From: an uncultured Chthoniobacter sp.
GTDB lineage: Bacteria; Verrucomicrobiota; Verrucomicrobiia; Chthoniobacterales; JACTMZ01
Direction: 5' to 3'
Length of the DNA: 64,000 nucleotides
NCBI GenBank assembly: GCA_964609925.1
Contig: CAZSUJ010000009.1
Location: 4,290-68,289 of the forward strand
In this document: positions 55,172-64,000 of the stretch, piece by piece
Layout of the letters: the number at the start of each line of letters is the position of its first letter
Position numbering within the stretch: the stretch's first letter is position 1
The notes under the pieces: model-generated
What the model saw: only the letters and a program-made list of their open reading frames with translations
What the model was told of the DNA's origin: nothing
Database searches by the model: none
Translations under genes and position numbers: made by a program

Positions 55172-58100
55172 AGAAAACCCCCAACTGCCCACACGAGGAA
55201 AAGGGCGCCGTGCTCGTCACGACGCTCATCGTCCTCACCGTTCTTGCGGTCGTTGCCGTCGCTTTCATGCAGAGCAGTTCGATGGACCAGCTCGCCTCGC
55301 GCAGCGTGTCCGGCGCCTACCAGGCCCAGTTGATCGCCGACGCGGCCGTCGGGGTCGCGCGCGGGGAGGTGGCCCGCCTGATCCAGCGCTACCCGGATTC
55401 CGCCACGGTCTGGCAGAACATCGGGGGAGGTCAGACCAACGAGGCCACCGTTCTCTATGTGCGTGCCGACGCCAACAACACCAGCACCAACGCCCGGCCC
55501 GGCCAGTCTGGCGCCGAGGTGGCCTTCCTCGGCTACCCGCTCGTCTCCCGCACAAATACGAATCCGCTGACGCTTCCTGTCCTGGCGACCAACATGCCTT
55601 TCACCACGGCCAATCGGGAGATGGTCAACCTGAACGCGACAAACTCCAGTCGCTCGAACGCCTTCATCGGCCAACGCTCGATGACAAATCCCGGCGCACC
55701 AGTCGCCGCCGCCGACTGGATCTACATCGGGCGGAACCCCGGCCCGACCAACACCACCAATCCGCCGATTGGCCGGTATGCCTACTGGGTTGAGGACGAG
55801 AGCTTCAAGGTCAACGTCAATACCGCTACCAACGGGGCCCGGGGCACCAGCACGAACATCGGTCCCGACGGCGTCCGCTTGGACGGCTCGTGGCAGAGTT
55901 CCTCCAACGCCGCCGTGCGCGCCGCCGCAGCCGCCACCGTGGTGTCGGATCGCGGAACCAACGCATCCTTCTTCCCGACGGCCGGCTCGGCTGCCGTGGC
56001 CGCGGGCTTGCCCGATTCGCGCTCGGCTGACGAGTTCCGCTTCCTCACCACCGCGCACTCCGCCGGTCTCGACCTCTCCCGCGGCGGATTCCGGCGTTTC
56101 AACCTCAACACCATCACCAACGGCGACAAGCGCACTGCTCTCAACCGCGTCATCACCGCGATAACCAACTCCAACGCAGCCCCGCTATTCGGCCAGCGGT
56201 TTTACCGCACCAACAACAACGTTTTGGGCATCAACGACACCAACGCCGTCTCTACGAACCACGCGGCCATCTACCTCCAGAAGATCGCGGCGAACATCTA
56301 CGACTACCTCGACAGCGACGACCAGCCGACCATCATCAATAACGACGCCACCTACACCCTGCGCACCGGGCGGCCGACGGAGCCGATCTTCGCCGTCGGT
56401 GGAGGATATGACGGCAGCAATTCCATCGCGGCTTTCGGCGTCGAGAGTTTCCCGCGTCTGCAGGAATGGGCCATGCACGCGAGGGTGTGGCGGATGTCCT
56501 ACAGCAACGGCCCCGACAGCCGCAGCAATTTCGGGTTTGTGCACAACGCCACCAACCCCACCGCGAATCCCACTCGGGCTGACTACGAAATCTGGCTGGA
56601 CTACTACTTCGAGTTTTACAACCCCGGCACGCGAGACATCACGGTCAGCAATGCGTTCATCACGCTCGACAAGTTGCCGGCGTTCGACGGCGGCGGGTCA
56701 GGGGATGCACTCGCCAACGAACGCTCGATCACCAACATCCCGTTGAATGCCACCTTCCCCGCGGGCCGGGTCACGATCCTCTCCACGGCACCCATCGGGG
56801 AGGACAGCTTTTCGAGCAGCAGCTCCGGAGGCATCATCACCAACCGGGCGGACGTCGTTTATCTGACAGTTGCCGATACCAACCGCAAATTCACGGGCTT
56901 CACCACCAATATTGCAGTGCAAACTTACGACCCTGTCGGCGACAACCGGGTTCCGCCGAATCCGAACTTCAATCGCCTTTTCCAAGTCTCGATGAGGACC
57001 GGTCCCCAGACCAAAGGCTCCATCTTGATCGGAAACGACGCTGGCATCTTGGAAAGCTTTGTCGGGCTTCCATTCAACGCCCAGACTAACCCCAACGTCA
57101 GCGGTATGGCACTGAGGATCGGAAGCGGCTGGATCCGCAATGGGCTGATGACCATCGGCGATGGCAACAACGACAATGTGCGTGCGGCGAGCCTTTTTGG
57201 GAACAGTAATGACGGCAACGCCCGCCCTTCAGCCACCGAGGGCGATCCGCGGGCACTGAACGATCAATTGGAGTTCTTCAACTTTGCGACGAGCAACGCT
57301 GACCGCGACCAGACGCGCTTCTATGTCGCCGTCACCGGCAACTCGGGGCTCCCCGAGAACTCGACATTCGGCAGCCTCAACACCAATTACGTGTGGGCGA
57401 CGAACTGGACGGACTACACGCCTTGGCAGCCGAACTCGAACAATGCCCCGCTTTTCGTCCGAAACAGCCCCATGCTCAGCGTCGGTGAACTCGGCCACAT
57501 CACCGATCCGGCCCGGACGCTTGGCTCCTCCGGCAACATCGCCCGCTCGCGGGGAGGCGGGAGAACATTCCGGATCGGGCAGCCCGAGTTGACCAACGCG
57601 AACAGCCCCTGGCGCCAGGCCTGGTATACAGGAAGCCAGACCAATGCCAGCCGCACATGGACGTCTTGGCGTCTGGCCGACATCTTCACCGTCACCACAA
57701 ACACGAACGTGGCCATCCGCGGCCTGGTCAACCCGAACGGCGCCCTGCGTGACAACGGCGCCGCCCTGCGCGCCGCCCTCTTCGGACTTACCTTCCTCCC
57801 CGTCACCCCCGAAGGCGCCTCCTCCCTTGCGGGACGGGGAGCCAACGTTAGCAACGTGGTCAGCAATGTGGTGGCCCGCCTCACCAACGGTGCCGCGTCA
57901 GGCTTCGGCGCCGGGACCTTTAACCCGTTCTGGGAGCGTGGCGAGATCTCGGAACTGGCCGTCCTCAACTCATCCGCCTCGGGCACCGTGGCCGGTGGTG
58001 CGGTCATGTCGAACGCATTCGACCGTGGCCGCGAAGAGTTGGTGCGCCGCTCCATCGAGATGATTACCACGCGTGGTAGCGTCTTCACGGTCTATGCCGT

Positions 58101-58302
58101 CGGCCAGTCGTTGCGCGTCACCCCCAACTCAACTAATGTCACCGGCACGGTGACCGCCAAGAGCACCTTCGAGATCACTCCGCAGTTTGCGATCGGTGGA
58201 ACGAATGACGCTTTTGATCTGGCCAATGCCAACGCTGTCACCCGGCGTTTCCTGCCCCCCACCAACTACACCACCAAGGTCATCTCCACGTCCTACGATT
58301 AG
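55168..58302 (+). CDS. Giant (1044 aa) GspK-like pseudopilin-tip protein
   Basis: EEKGAVLVTTLIVLTVLAVVAVAFMQSS is a GspK-type non-cleaved hydrophobic N-terminus (RG.AL..VL...). GRYAYWVEDESFKVNVN matches the T2SSK signature (F/YA.wieDE..KiNlN). The remainder is N/T/S/G-rich with no family I recognise. Confidence 0.8.
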   Translation: MKKTPNCPHEEKGAVLVTTLIVLTVLAVVAVAFMQSSSMDQLASRSVSGAYQAQLIADAAVGVARGEVARLIQRYPDSATVWQNIGGGQTNEATVLYVRADANNTSTNARPGQSGAEVAFLGYPLVSRTNTNPLTLPVLATNMPFTTANREMVNLNATNSSRSNAFIGQRSMTNPGAPVAAADWIYIGRNPGPTNTTNPPIGRYAYWVEDESFKVNVNTATNGARGTSTNIGPDGVRLDGSWQSSSNAAVRAAAAATVVSDRGTNASFFPTAGSAAVAAGLPDSRSADEFRFLTTAHSAGLDLSRGGFRRFNLNTITNGDKRTALNRVITAITNSNAAPLFGQRFYRTNNNVLGINDTNAVSTNHAAIYLQKIAANIYDYLDSDDQPTIINNDATYTLRTGRPTEPIFAVGGGYDGSNSIAAFGVESFPRLQEWAMHARVWRMSYSNGPDSRSNFGFVHNATNPTANPTRADYEIWLDYYFEFYNPGTRDITVSNAFITLDKLPAFDGGGSGDALANERSITNIPLNATFPAGRVTILSTAPIGEDSFSSSSSGGIITNRADVVYLTVADTNRKFTGFTTNIAVQTYDPVGDNRVPPNPNFNRLFQVSMRTGPQTKGSILIGNDAGILESFVGLPFNAQTNPNVSGMALRIGSGWIRNGLMTIGDGNNDNVRAASLFGNSNDGNARPSATEGDPRALNDQLEFFNFATSNADRDQTRFYVAVTGNSGLPENSTFGSLNTNYVWATNWTDYTPWQPNSNNAPLFVRNSPMLSVGELGHITDPARTLGSSGNIARSRGGGRTFRIGQPELTNANSPWRQAWYTGSQTNASRTWTSWRLADIFTVTTNTNVAIRGLVNPNGALRDNGAALRAALFGLTFLPVTPEGASSLAGRGANVSNVVSNVVARLTNGAASGFGAGTFNPFWERGEISELAVLNSSASGTVAGGAVMSNAFDRGREELVRRSIEMITTRGSVFTVYAVGQSLRVTPNSTNVTGTVTAKSTFEITPQFAIGGTNDAFDLANANAVTRRFLPPTNYTTKVISTSYD

Positions 58303-58347
58303 GCCCGGAGATTGACTTTTTTGGCGGCTTCCTTTCCCTCTCTCTTC

Positions 58348-59337
58348 ATGATGATAAAGACGTTCGTCCATTCCGTTTGCGCCATCACCTTGCTGTTCTC
58401 GATCACCGTTTGCTCGGCCCAGACCAGCCCGGATGGAGTGGTGGGGGTCGGGGCCAGCGAAGTGCCCAAGGCCCAGTTGAGGCTGTTTGTCTTCCCCTTC
58501 GACGACTCCTCTCCGGCGCTCGTGGCCCGCGCCCAGGTCAAGGGCATGGAAGCACCCGCGGTGGTCGCCTCCGCGCCGGCCGGACGCAGCTCTGCTGAAC
58601 CGGGCTACGTTGATTTTCCCGCCGGCGATGGCGGCTACGAGGTGCTCGCGGGGGACAAACCCGTCGCCACCGGCCCCCTGCGGCTCGCGCCCAACCGCGC
58701 TTACACCATCGTCGCTTGGCAGGGTGGAGACCGCGCCTGGCAGGCCAAGCTGTTTTCGGATGATTCGGCGTCTTCCGCGCGTGCTATGCGTGTTCTGAAC
58801 TTCGTTCCCGGCCGCAAGTCGGTCGTGAGCGCCGGCGAGGCCGAGCCGGCCGCCGTGCCTGCCGCCACCGTGCAGGAGGTCCAGGTTCCGGCCAAGACCC
58901 TCGATATCCGCGCCCAAGTCCAAGACCCCGCAGGCGGCGCTCCTTTCCAGACCTCCACCGCATTCGACTTCTCCCAGGCCGGAAGCGGCTACCTGCTGAT
59001 CGCACCCGACTACCGCGGCAAGCCGGACATCAGAATGGTTCCCGGCGGTTTCGTCACCGCGACCGCCGAGGTTGCGGCGGCCGCCTCGGCCCCTGTGGCG
59101 CCGCCCAGCGCCTCGGACATCCAGAAAGAGGCTCAACAGACCCGTAAGCGTAGCCTGGCCTACCTCAAGCAGGCCCTCGCCGATCTGGAGGCCCTGCAAG
59201 CCGGACCGAATCCTCCCCCCAACGCCGACGCCATCCGGCGGGAGCTCCAGCAGCAACTCAAGGCCGTGGACCAACCCGCGGCTCCGGAGCCTGCTCCCGC
59301 CGCCCCTCGGGGAGCTGCGGCCGAGGCCGCGAGGTAG
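58348..59337 (+). CDS. Secreted hypothetical protein (beta-rich body plus C-terminal coiled-coil/Pro-Ala tail)
   Basis: MMIKTFVHSVCAITLLFSITVCSA|Q is a signal peptide. The 5' end is locally AT-rich. The C-terminus is DIQKEAQQTRKRSLAYLKQALADLEALQ...IRRELQQQLKAVDQPAAPEPAPAAP. The TTG at 58312 in the track is less likely as a start. Confidence 0.7.
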   Translation: MMIKTFVHSVCAITLLFSITVCSAQTSPDGVVGVGASEVPKAQLRLFVFPFDDSSPALVARAQVKGMEAPAVVASAPAGRSSAEPGYVDFPAGDGGYEVLAGDKPVATGPLRLAPNRAYTIVAWQGGDRAWQAKLFSDDSASSARAMRVLNFVPGRKSVVSAGEAEPAAVPAATVQEVQVPAKTLDIRAQVQDPAGGAPFQTSTAFDFSQAGSGYLLIAPDYRGKPDIRMVPGGFVTATAEVAAAASAPVAPPSASDIQKEAQQTRKRSLAYLKQALADLEALQAGPNPPPNADAIRRELQQQLKAVDQPAAPEPAPAAPRGAAAEAAR

Positions 59338-59593
59338 GGCCTCACCCGGCTTGACGAATCGGAAGGGCGCGCCGCTTACGCCTCCAACGGTCCGCGAAAG
59401 CTCAGGTTTTATGCTCGCGTGTCCCGTGCTGGCACGCGACTTGCTGTATTCTTGTCCGAAAAGGACCGCTCCGGCACCCGTTTCTCCTCAAGCCGACCGT
59501 TACAATCCCGTCACGGCCGGATATTTGGGTTGAAGCTGGGTCCTTCCCGGCCCACGTTTCACCAGCACCGTCGAACGCCCACCCATCCCAATC

Positions 59594-62500
59594 ATGACCA
59601 CCACCCGCCCCGCCCTCCGACTCCTCGCCGCTGCTGCTCTGGCGTCCTGCCTCAGCGCCACTGCTCACGCCCAACAGACATTCTTCAACTTGGCTGCCGG
59701 CAACTACTCGCAGGATTTCTCGAGCATAGGAGCATGGTCGAACAGCTACGCTGGCGGGACAGGGGCTGAAAACTGGCGGGTGGCCACCAGCGTGGCCTCC
59801 TCTCTGGTCACCAACGTCAACGTCTTTACCACCGCCACAAGCGGAGGCGTGCAAAGGGGCACGAACTCCATGGTGTTCCTCGCCACCGGCGCAAACACCG
59901 GCGGCACGGATCTGCTCCTTAACTTTTCCGGGCGCACATCGGGAATAATGAGCTTCAATTGGAGCAAGATCGCCAACACGCCTAACGAGACCAACGCCCG
60001 TTCCTCAGATCTGAAGGTGCAATACAGCACGGACAATGGAACCAACTTCACGGACATTACCAACTACGCTATCCCCCGCATCAACAACAACAGCACTCCG
60101 GAAAGCGGCAGCCTGAATTTCTCACTGCCCTCCGCGCTTTCCGGCCAACCCCAAGCCGTGCTGCGCTTCTTTTTCTGGAACAACGGGCAGGTCGGCGGTG
60201 CAGGCAATCGCCCCAAATGGAACATCGACGACGTCTTGATTACGTCGTCGGGTGCCGCCACCGCCCCGGTTGTGACCTCCTTCTCTCCGGCGACTGGTGC
60301 GGCAGGGACCTCGGTGACCATCGGCGGTTCGAATTTCACCGGCGCCACCAACGTCTCGTTCAATGGCGTGGCAGCTACTTTTCTCTTCAACAGTGACACC
60401 AGTATCACCGCTTCCGTTCCCGTTGGTGCCTTGAGTGGTCCGATTTCGGTCGCCAGCACCAATGGGACGGGCCTGAGCAGTAGCAATTTCCTCGTGCCTA
60501 CGCTCTCTGTCATCCTACCGGCCACCATCAACGAAGGTGATACCAGCTTCGGCGAGGTCACGCTTAACGAGACAAACGCCTCGGACATCAACGTGACCGT
60601 GACCAGTTCAAGCACGAACGATCTCGTGATCGACCCTGCGCCTATCGTCATCTTCGCCGGCCTTACCAACGCCTTCTTCAATTTCACCGCACCGCTGGAT
60701 AGCACGATCGACGGCGACACCAACGTGACCGTGACACCCTCCGCGGCTGGTTTTGCCTCCATCCCCGACACCATCACAGTAGTCAATGTGGACGCGGTGA
60801 AGATCCCGCTGACCTCGTTCTCCACGAACAGCTACATTCAGAATTTCGACAGCCTCGGCACCACCACGGTCTCCAATGTTGTTTCGCTCACCAGCGGAGT
60901 GCAGACCAGCTTGGGGACCGCCATAAGCACCAACCTGAACGGATGGTTCGCGGCCAAGATCGCCGGTAGTGCTGGTATCCCGAACGTGGTGGCCGATAAC
61001 GGCAGCAGCTCCAGCGGAGCGGTCTACAACTACGGCACAACTGGTGCCACGAACAGGTCGCTGGGCGGGCTCGCCAGTGGCAGTCTGACTCCCGCGTTTG
61101 GCGCATTGGTGGTAAACAACACCGGATCCACCATCAACTCCATTATCCTCAACCTCACGGGCAAATTCTGGCGGCCCTCGGCAGCCAACACTAACTCACT
61201 CAACTTCGCCTTCGGCGTCGTGGACGGAGTCAGCGTCAACAACAACAACTTCCTCACCACAGCCTCGGCCACCAATCTCTCGCTAGCGAACATAGTCGGT
61301 CCGGTGGTTGCTACCACCAACGACCAGACTCCCCTGGACGGCAACCTTGCCACCAACCAAGTCTTGATCAGCAACGTCGTCATTCCAGTGAGTTTGGCGC
61401 CCGGCGAGACGATGTTCTTCCGCTGGCAAGATTTCGACAACGTGAATGCCGACGCCGGCCTCGCCATCGACGACCTCAGCCTGACCGCGTCAACTAACCT
61501 TGCCGCTCCGTCGGTTGCCGCGGTCACCGTCAATCCGTTTGCCCTCGCCCAGGATCAGGCCCAGATCGCCTCCTCGGTTGTTTCCGAGGGTGGCTCAACC
61601 CTGACGGCCCGAGGCTTCGTCTATTCCGAGAGCTTCTTCAATACGAACCCGGTCATCGGCGGTCCGAACACGACGGCGATCACGAACACACCGGCCGAGG
61701 TTGGTGCCTTCACCAACACGATCACCGGCCTCCTCGCCAGCACGGCCTACACAGTTCGTTCCTTCGCCATCAATGCCCAGGGCACAAACTACAGCGTCGG
61801 GACGACCTTCAATACACTCGCGCCCAACCCGGCCTTCAGCGGGGTCTACACCCAGAGCTTCGACGGCCTGACCAATACGTTCTTCCCGAACGGTTGGCGC
61901 TGCCTCTCGACCAGCAACGTGAACAACTATGCGGGCGATTGGAACAGCACCAATGCTGTGGCCGTGGGCTTCTACGGCCGCACCAACATCCCCGGCATCC
62001 TCGGCTACCTCCACGGCAACGCGACTGGTATCCTCAGCAATCGCCTGACACTGGTGAACAACACAGGTGGAACACTGACCAACCTCTGGGTGTCTTACAC
62101 CGGTGAGGTCAATGTGCTGAATCCCACCAGCAACACCCGCTTCCCTGAGTGGACCGTGGTGGTGGACGGGCAGACCAATAGCGCCCTCTTCTACTCCACC
62201 GCGGGCGGCGTCAGCTCGAACCTCGTGGCGGAGATCACCGGGCTTAGCATCACGAATGGCGGTAACATCATCATCTCGTGGTCGTCCGATCGCGGCGCTG
62301 GCACCGGCTCGTCCCGCATGATCGGCATGACGGATGTCCGCGTGGCGACCAACGCGCCGCCGATCGGGACCCCGACCATCAACGTGAGCGGTTCGCTGAC
62401 GAACTTCACCACCACGGTCGGCACGGCCTCCGCCTCGCAGTCCTTCACGGCCTCGGGCACCAATCTGGTTGGCGACATCGAGGTGTCGACGCCGGCCTTC

Positions 62501-63049
62501 TACCAAGTGAGTGTGGACAACACGAACTTCTCGGGGGCCTTGAACCTGGCGCCGTCCGGCGGCGTGGTGACCAACACCTTGCTCTACGTCCGCCTCGCCG
62601 CGAACGCACCGGTCGGCAGCCCCGCCGGTAACGTGCTGCTCGGCAGCACCAACGCCGCGATCCAGACGGTGCCGGTGACCGGCACGGTCTTCAGCACCTA
62701 CACGGCATGGCTCAATGGTGCCCCGACGAACAATGCCAACCTGCTCAAATACGCCATCGGCGGCGCGAGCAGCCCGACGGCGACGGACGGCACGGCGCCC
62801 GCCACGGCAGTGACCAGCAGCAACCTGTCCATCACCGCCATCGTGCGCACGAACGACCCGGCCCTCGACGTCATCGGCGAAGGCCTGACCAACCTGAGCG
62901 TCGGTCCTTGGAGCACGAACGGCGTGACCCAGACGGTCTCGACGAACCAGGCGGGCGTGCCCACCGGCACCGAGCGGCAGATCTTCAGCATCCCGCGCGG
63001 CACGAACACCAGCCAGTTCCTCCGCCTCGACAGCATCCTGCAGCCGTAA
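59594..63049 (+). CDS. Large (1151 aa) secreted adhesin-like protein: three Y.Q.FD.LG-type sensor/binding modules, IPT/TIG, Calx-beta-like and Fn3-like domains, shared C-terminal domain
   Basis: The signal is MTTTRPALRLLAAAALASCLSATAHA|QQ. IPT/TIG evidence: PVVTSFSPATGAAGTSVTIGGSNFTGATNVSFNGVAA. Three modules begin YSQDFSSIG / YIQNFDSLG / YTQSFDGLT and end in ...IDDV/IDDLSL/MTDVRV. The C-terminus is NLLKYAIGGASSPT...LSITAIVRTNDPALDVIGEGLTNLSVGPWSTN...RQIFSIPRGTNTSQFLRLDSILQP. Confidence 0.85.
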   Translation: MTTTRPALRLLAAAALASCLSATAHAQQTFFNLAAGNYSQDFSSIGAWSNSYAGGTGAENWRVATSVASSLVTNVNVFTTATSGGVQRGTNSMVFLATGANTGGTDLLLNFSGRTSGIMSFNWSKIANTPNETNARSSDLKVQYSTDNGTNFTDITNYAIPRINNNSTPESGSLNFSLPSALSGQPQAVLRFFFWNNGQVGGAGNRPKWNIDDVLITSSGAATAPVVTSFSPATGAAGTSVTIGGSNFTGATNVSFNGVAATFLFNSDTSITASVPVGALSGPISVASTNGTGLSSSNFLVPTLSVILPATINEGDTSFGEVTLNETNASDINVTVTSSSTNDLVIDPAPIVIFAGLTNAFFNFTAPLDSTIDGDTNVTVTPSAAGFASIPDTITVVNVDAVKIPLTSFSTNSYIQNFDSLGTTTVSNVVSLTSGVQTSLGTAISTNLNGWFAAKIAGSAGIPNVVADNGSSSSGAVYNYGTTGATNRSLGGLASGSLTPAFGALVVNNTGSTINSIILNLTGKFWRPSAANTNSLNFAFGVVDGVSVNNNNFLTTASATNLSLANIVGPVVATTNDQTPLDGNLATNQVLISNVVIPVSLAPGETMFFRWQDFDNVNADAGLAIDDLSLTASTNLAAPSVAAVTVNPFALAQDQAQIASSVVSEGGSTLTARGFVYSESFFNTNPVIGGPNTTAITNTPAEVGAFTNTITGLLASTAYTVRSFAINAQGTNYSVGTTFNTLAPNPAFSGVYTQSFDGLTNTFFPNGWRCLSTSNVNNYAGDWNSTNAVAVGFYGRTNIPGILGYLHGNATGILSNRLTLVNNTGGTLTNLWVSYTGEVNVLNPTSNTRFPEWTVVVDGQTNSALFYSTAGGVSSNLVAEITGLSITNGGNIIISWSSDRGAGTGSSRMIGMTDVRVATNAPPIGTPTINVSGSLTNFTTTVGTASASQSFTASGTNLVGDIEVSTPAFYQVSVDNTNFSGALNLAPSGGVVTNTLLYVRLAANAPVGSPAGNVLLGSTNAAIQTVPVTGTVFSTYTAWLNGAPTNNANLLKYAIGGASSPTATDGTAPATAVTSSNLSITAIVRTNDPALDVIGEGLTNLSVGPWSTNGVTQTVSTNQAGVPTGTERQIFSIPRGTNTSQFLRLDSILQP

Positions 63050-63077
63050 GCGGCACGGACCACGCATAACGAAATGT

Positions 63078-63112
63078 GCAGAGCGGGGAGCAATCCCCGC
63101 TCTGCCTTTTTT
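63078..63112 (+). terminator. Rho-independent terminator
   Basis: GCAGAGCGGGGA-gcaa-TCCCCGCTCTGC followed by CTTTTTTG, 29 nt after the stop at 63049. Confidence 0.8.
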
Positions 63113-63134
63113 GTCATGGAGGCCCAACAGCCTC

Positions 63135-63192
63135 CTGTAGCGCCGGTGTCCCCACCGGCGTGCGGTGCGCGCCCACGGCGACTGAAGTCGCC
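63135..63192. repeat. REP unit (perfect consensus) plus a degenerate inverted partner
   Basis: CTGTAGCGCCGGTGtccccCACCGGCG (63135-63160) is identical to the reverse complement of the units at 49915-49940 and 50063-50088. The downstream partner is CACGGCGACtgaaGTCGCCGCTCC. Confidence 0.6.
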
Positions 63193-63322
63193 GCTCCGTC
63201 ATGGGCCGCCGGAGCGGCTGCTTCAGCTGCCGCCGACCGCCACCGCCAGACCGGAGTTCTGGCCACACAGGGCGCAATGCGGACTGCTTGCCCGTGCTGG
63301 GGGTTCGTCCTAATTTGACGCG

Positions 63323-63565
63323 GTGAAGCAATACCGTCCGGACGTCGAGCGCCAGAAGTGGCTTTACTCGATGGAGAAGTCGCGCGCGATCATGCGGCGA
63401 CGCCAAGGCAAGCTGCCCGGACCTGACCCGGCCAAGAGGCCGATTCCCGACAACTCCGAGCCATGGCTGCCCGGCGGGGTGCGCTCGGTGGCCGGCGCGC
63501 TCTGGATTTCGGACCGGATCAAGGAGGACATGCAGCGATGGGGAGTCAAACCTCCGACGACCTGA
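63323..63565 (+). CDS. Small hypothetical protein (weak call)
   Basis: 80-aa ORF with a GTG start and no recognisable motif. It overlaps the next ORF by 28 nt. It may be real only from an internal ATG. Confidence 0.3.
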   Translation: MKQYRPDVERQKWLYSMEKSRAIMRRRQGKLPGPDPAKRPIPDNSEPWLPGGVRSVAGALWISDRIKEDMQRWGVKPPTT

Positions 63566-64000
63566 TCCGGCGCCTTGCGGGGGAGTTCCGGGTGCTCACG
63601 CTCGGGGGCGTGGCCGTCATCGCCACCGGGCTGAGCCGCAACACCTTCGATGCGGACATCTGGGTCGAACCGTTCTCGTCGCCGGCCAACTGGGCCGGGC
63701 GCCTGGCGCCTCTGATTTATGATTCGGGGGCCGCGAAACCCGTGGCCATCGGATCGTGGAAAAGTATTGAGAGGGAGAACCTGGCCGGGGTAATCGGGCG
63801 CGACAGGGTGATCCGGATCAACGGCTTGGAGCGTCCACTGGACATTTTCCGCGAACCCAACCAGCTCGAAATGGACAGCTTCGACGAAGTGTGGGAGCGG
63901 GCTCGACCGATGGACGACGGCACCCGGCTGCCGGACGCGATCGATCTCCTGGTCAGCAAGGAGGAGACCGGGCGGACATCATCTTTCTGGAGGGCAAGAT
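63538..64000 (+). CDS. Nucleotidyltransferase-fold (MNT/DUF6036-like) protein, partial at the right edge
   Basis: Absent from the track because there is no stop in the window. The ATG at 63538 lies 10 nt after AAGGAGG (63521-63527). MGSQTSDDLIRRLAGEFRVLTLGGVAVIATGLSRNTFDADIWVEP has the GG-(x)n-G-x-R-x-T-x-D-x-D pattern of minimal nucleotidyltransferases. Confidence 0.4.
   Translation, partial: MGSQTSDDLIRRLAGEFRVLTLGGVAVIATGLSRNTFDADIWVEPFSSPANWAGRLAPLIYDSGAAKPVAIGSWKSIERENLAGVIGRDRVIRINGLERPLDIFREPNQLEMDSFDEVWERARPMDDGTRLPDAIDLLVSKEETGRTSSFWRAR

Noticed and set aside
59594-63049. A high density of N-x-S/T sequons in the adhesin, the CBM protein and the giant K-like protein, as a sign of N-glycosylation.
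   Set aside because: A rough count of about 12 per 300 aa is close to the expectation from the very high Asn, Ser and Thr content. There is no independent evidence in the window, such as an oligosaccharyltransferase or an HMW1C-like gene.

Overview
This is a high-GC, almost fully coding bacterial segment. Its gene content suggests a PVC-group (Verrucomicrobiota/Opitutales-like) polysaccharide degrader; that assignment is inference only. I found no rRNA, tRNA, CRISPR array, transposase or integrase.

Layout:
- (1) 1-27556 is mostly one long minus-strand array of secreted glycan-active enzymes. It holds two heparinase II/III-like giants, a 2154-aa beta-helix giant, three further secreted proteins (two of unknown function, one partial beta-helix protein), GH43 x2, GH29 fucosidase, two esterases and a 2-hydroxyacid dehydrogenase. 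Many junctions are 4-nt start/stop overlaps.
- (2) 27612-28382 is an orphan plus-strand gene with atypical codon usage.
- (3) 28419-41985 is a second minus-strand block: a third heparinase-like giant, a hypothetical protein, an embedded vapBC toxin-antitoxin pair, GH43, GH52, a beta-helix protein and GH28.
- (4) 42201-48306 is a plus-strand sugar uptake and catabolism operon: a Kelch-propeller::Na+/solute symporter fusion, xylA, fucU and fucI.
- (5) 48328-50220 contains a membrane-anchored EEP nuclease/phosphatase plus REP/REPIN-type palindromic elements and a 166-nt tandem duplication.
- (6) 50248-63049 is the most unusual part. It is an orphan pseudopilin operon: GspG-, H-, I- and J-like genes plus a 1044-aa GspK-like giant. 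The prepilin leaders are abnormally long and carry heptanucleotide repeat tracts. No ATPase, platform, secretin or peptidase gene lies in the window. Two N/T-rich carbohydrate-binding or adhesin-like proteins flank the operon and share a C-terminal domain.
- (7) 63323-64000 is a small accessory cassette, partial at the right edge.

A related C-terminal module (NxLxxYAxG ... W ... RFxRLxV) ends five different secreted proteins in the window.

All family calls come from motif recognition in the translated ORFs. No database search was run.
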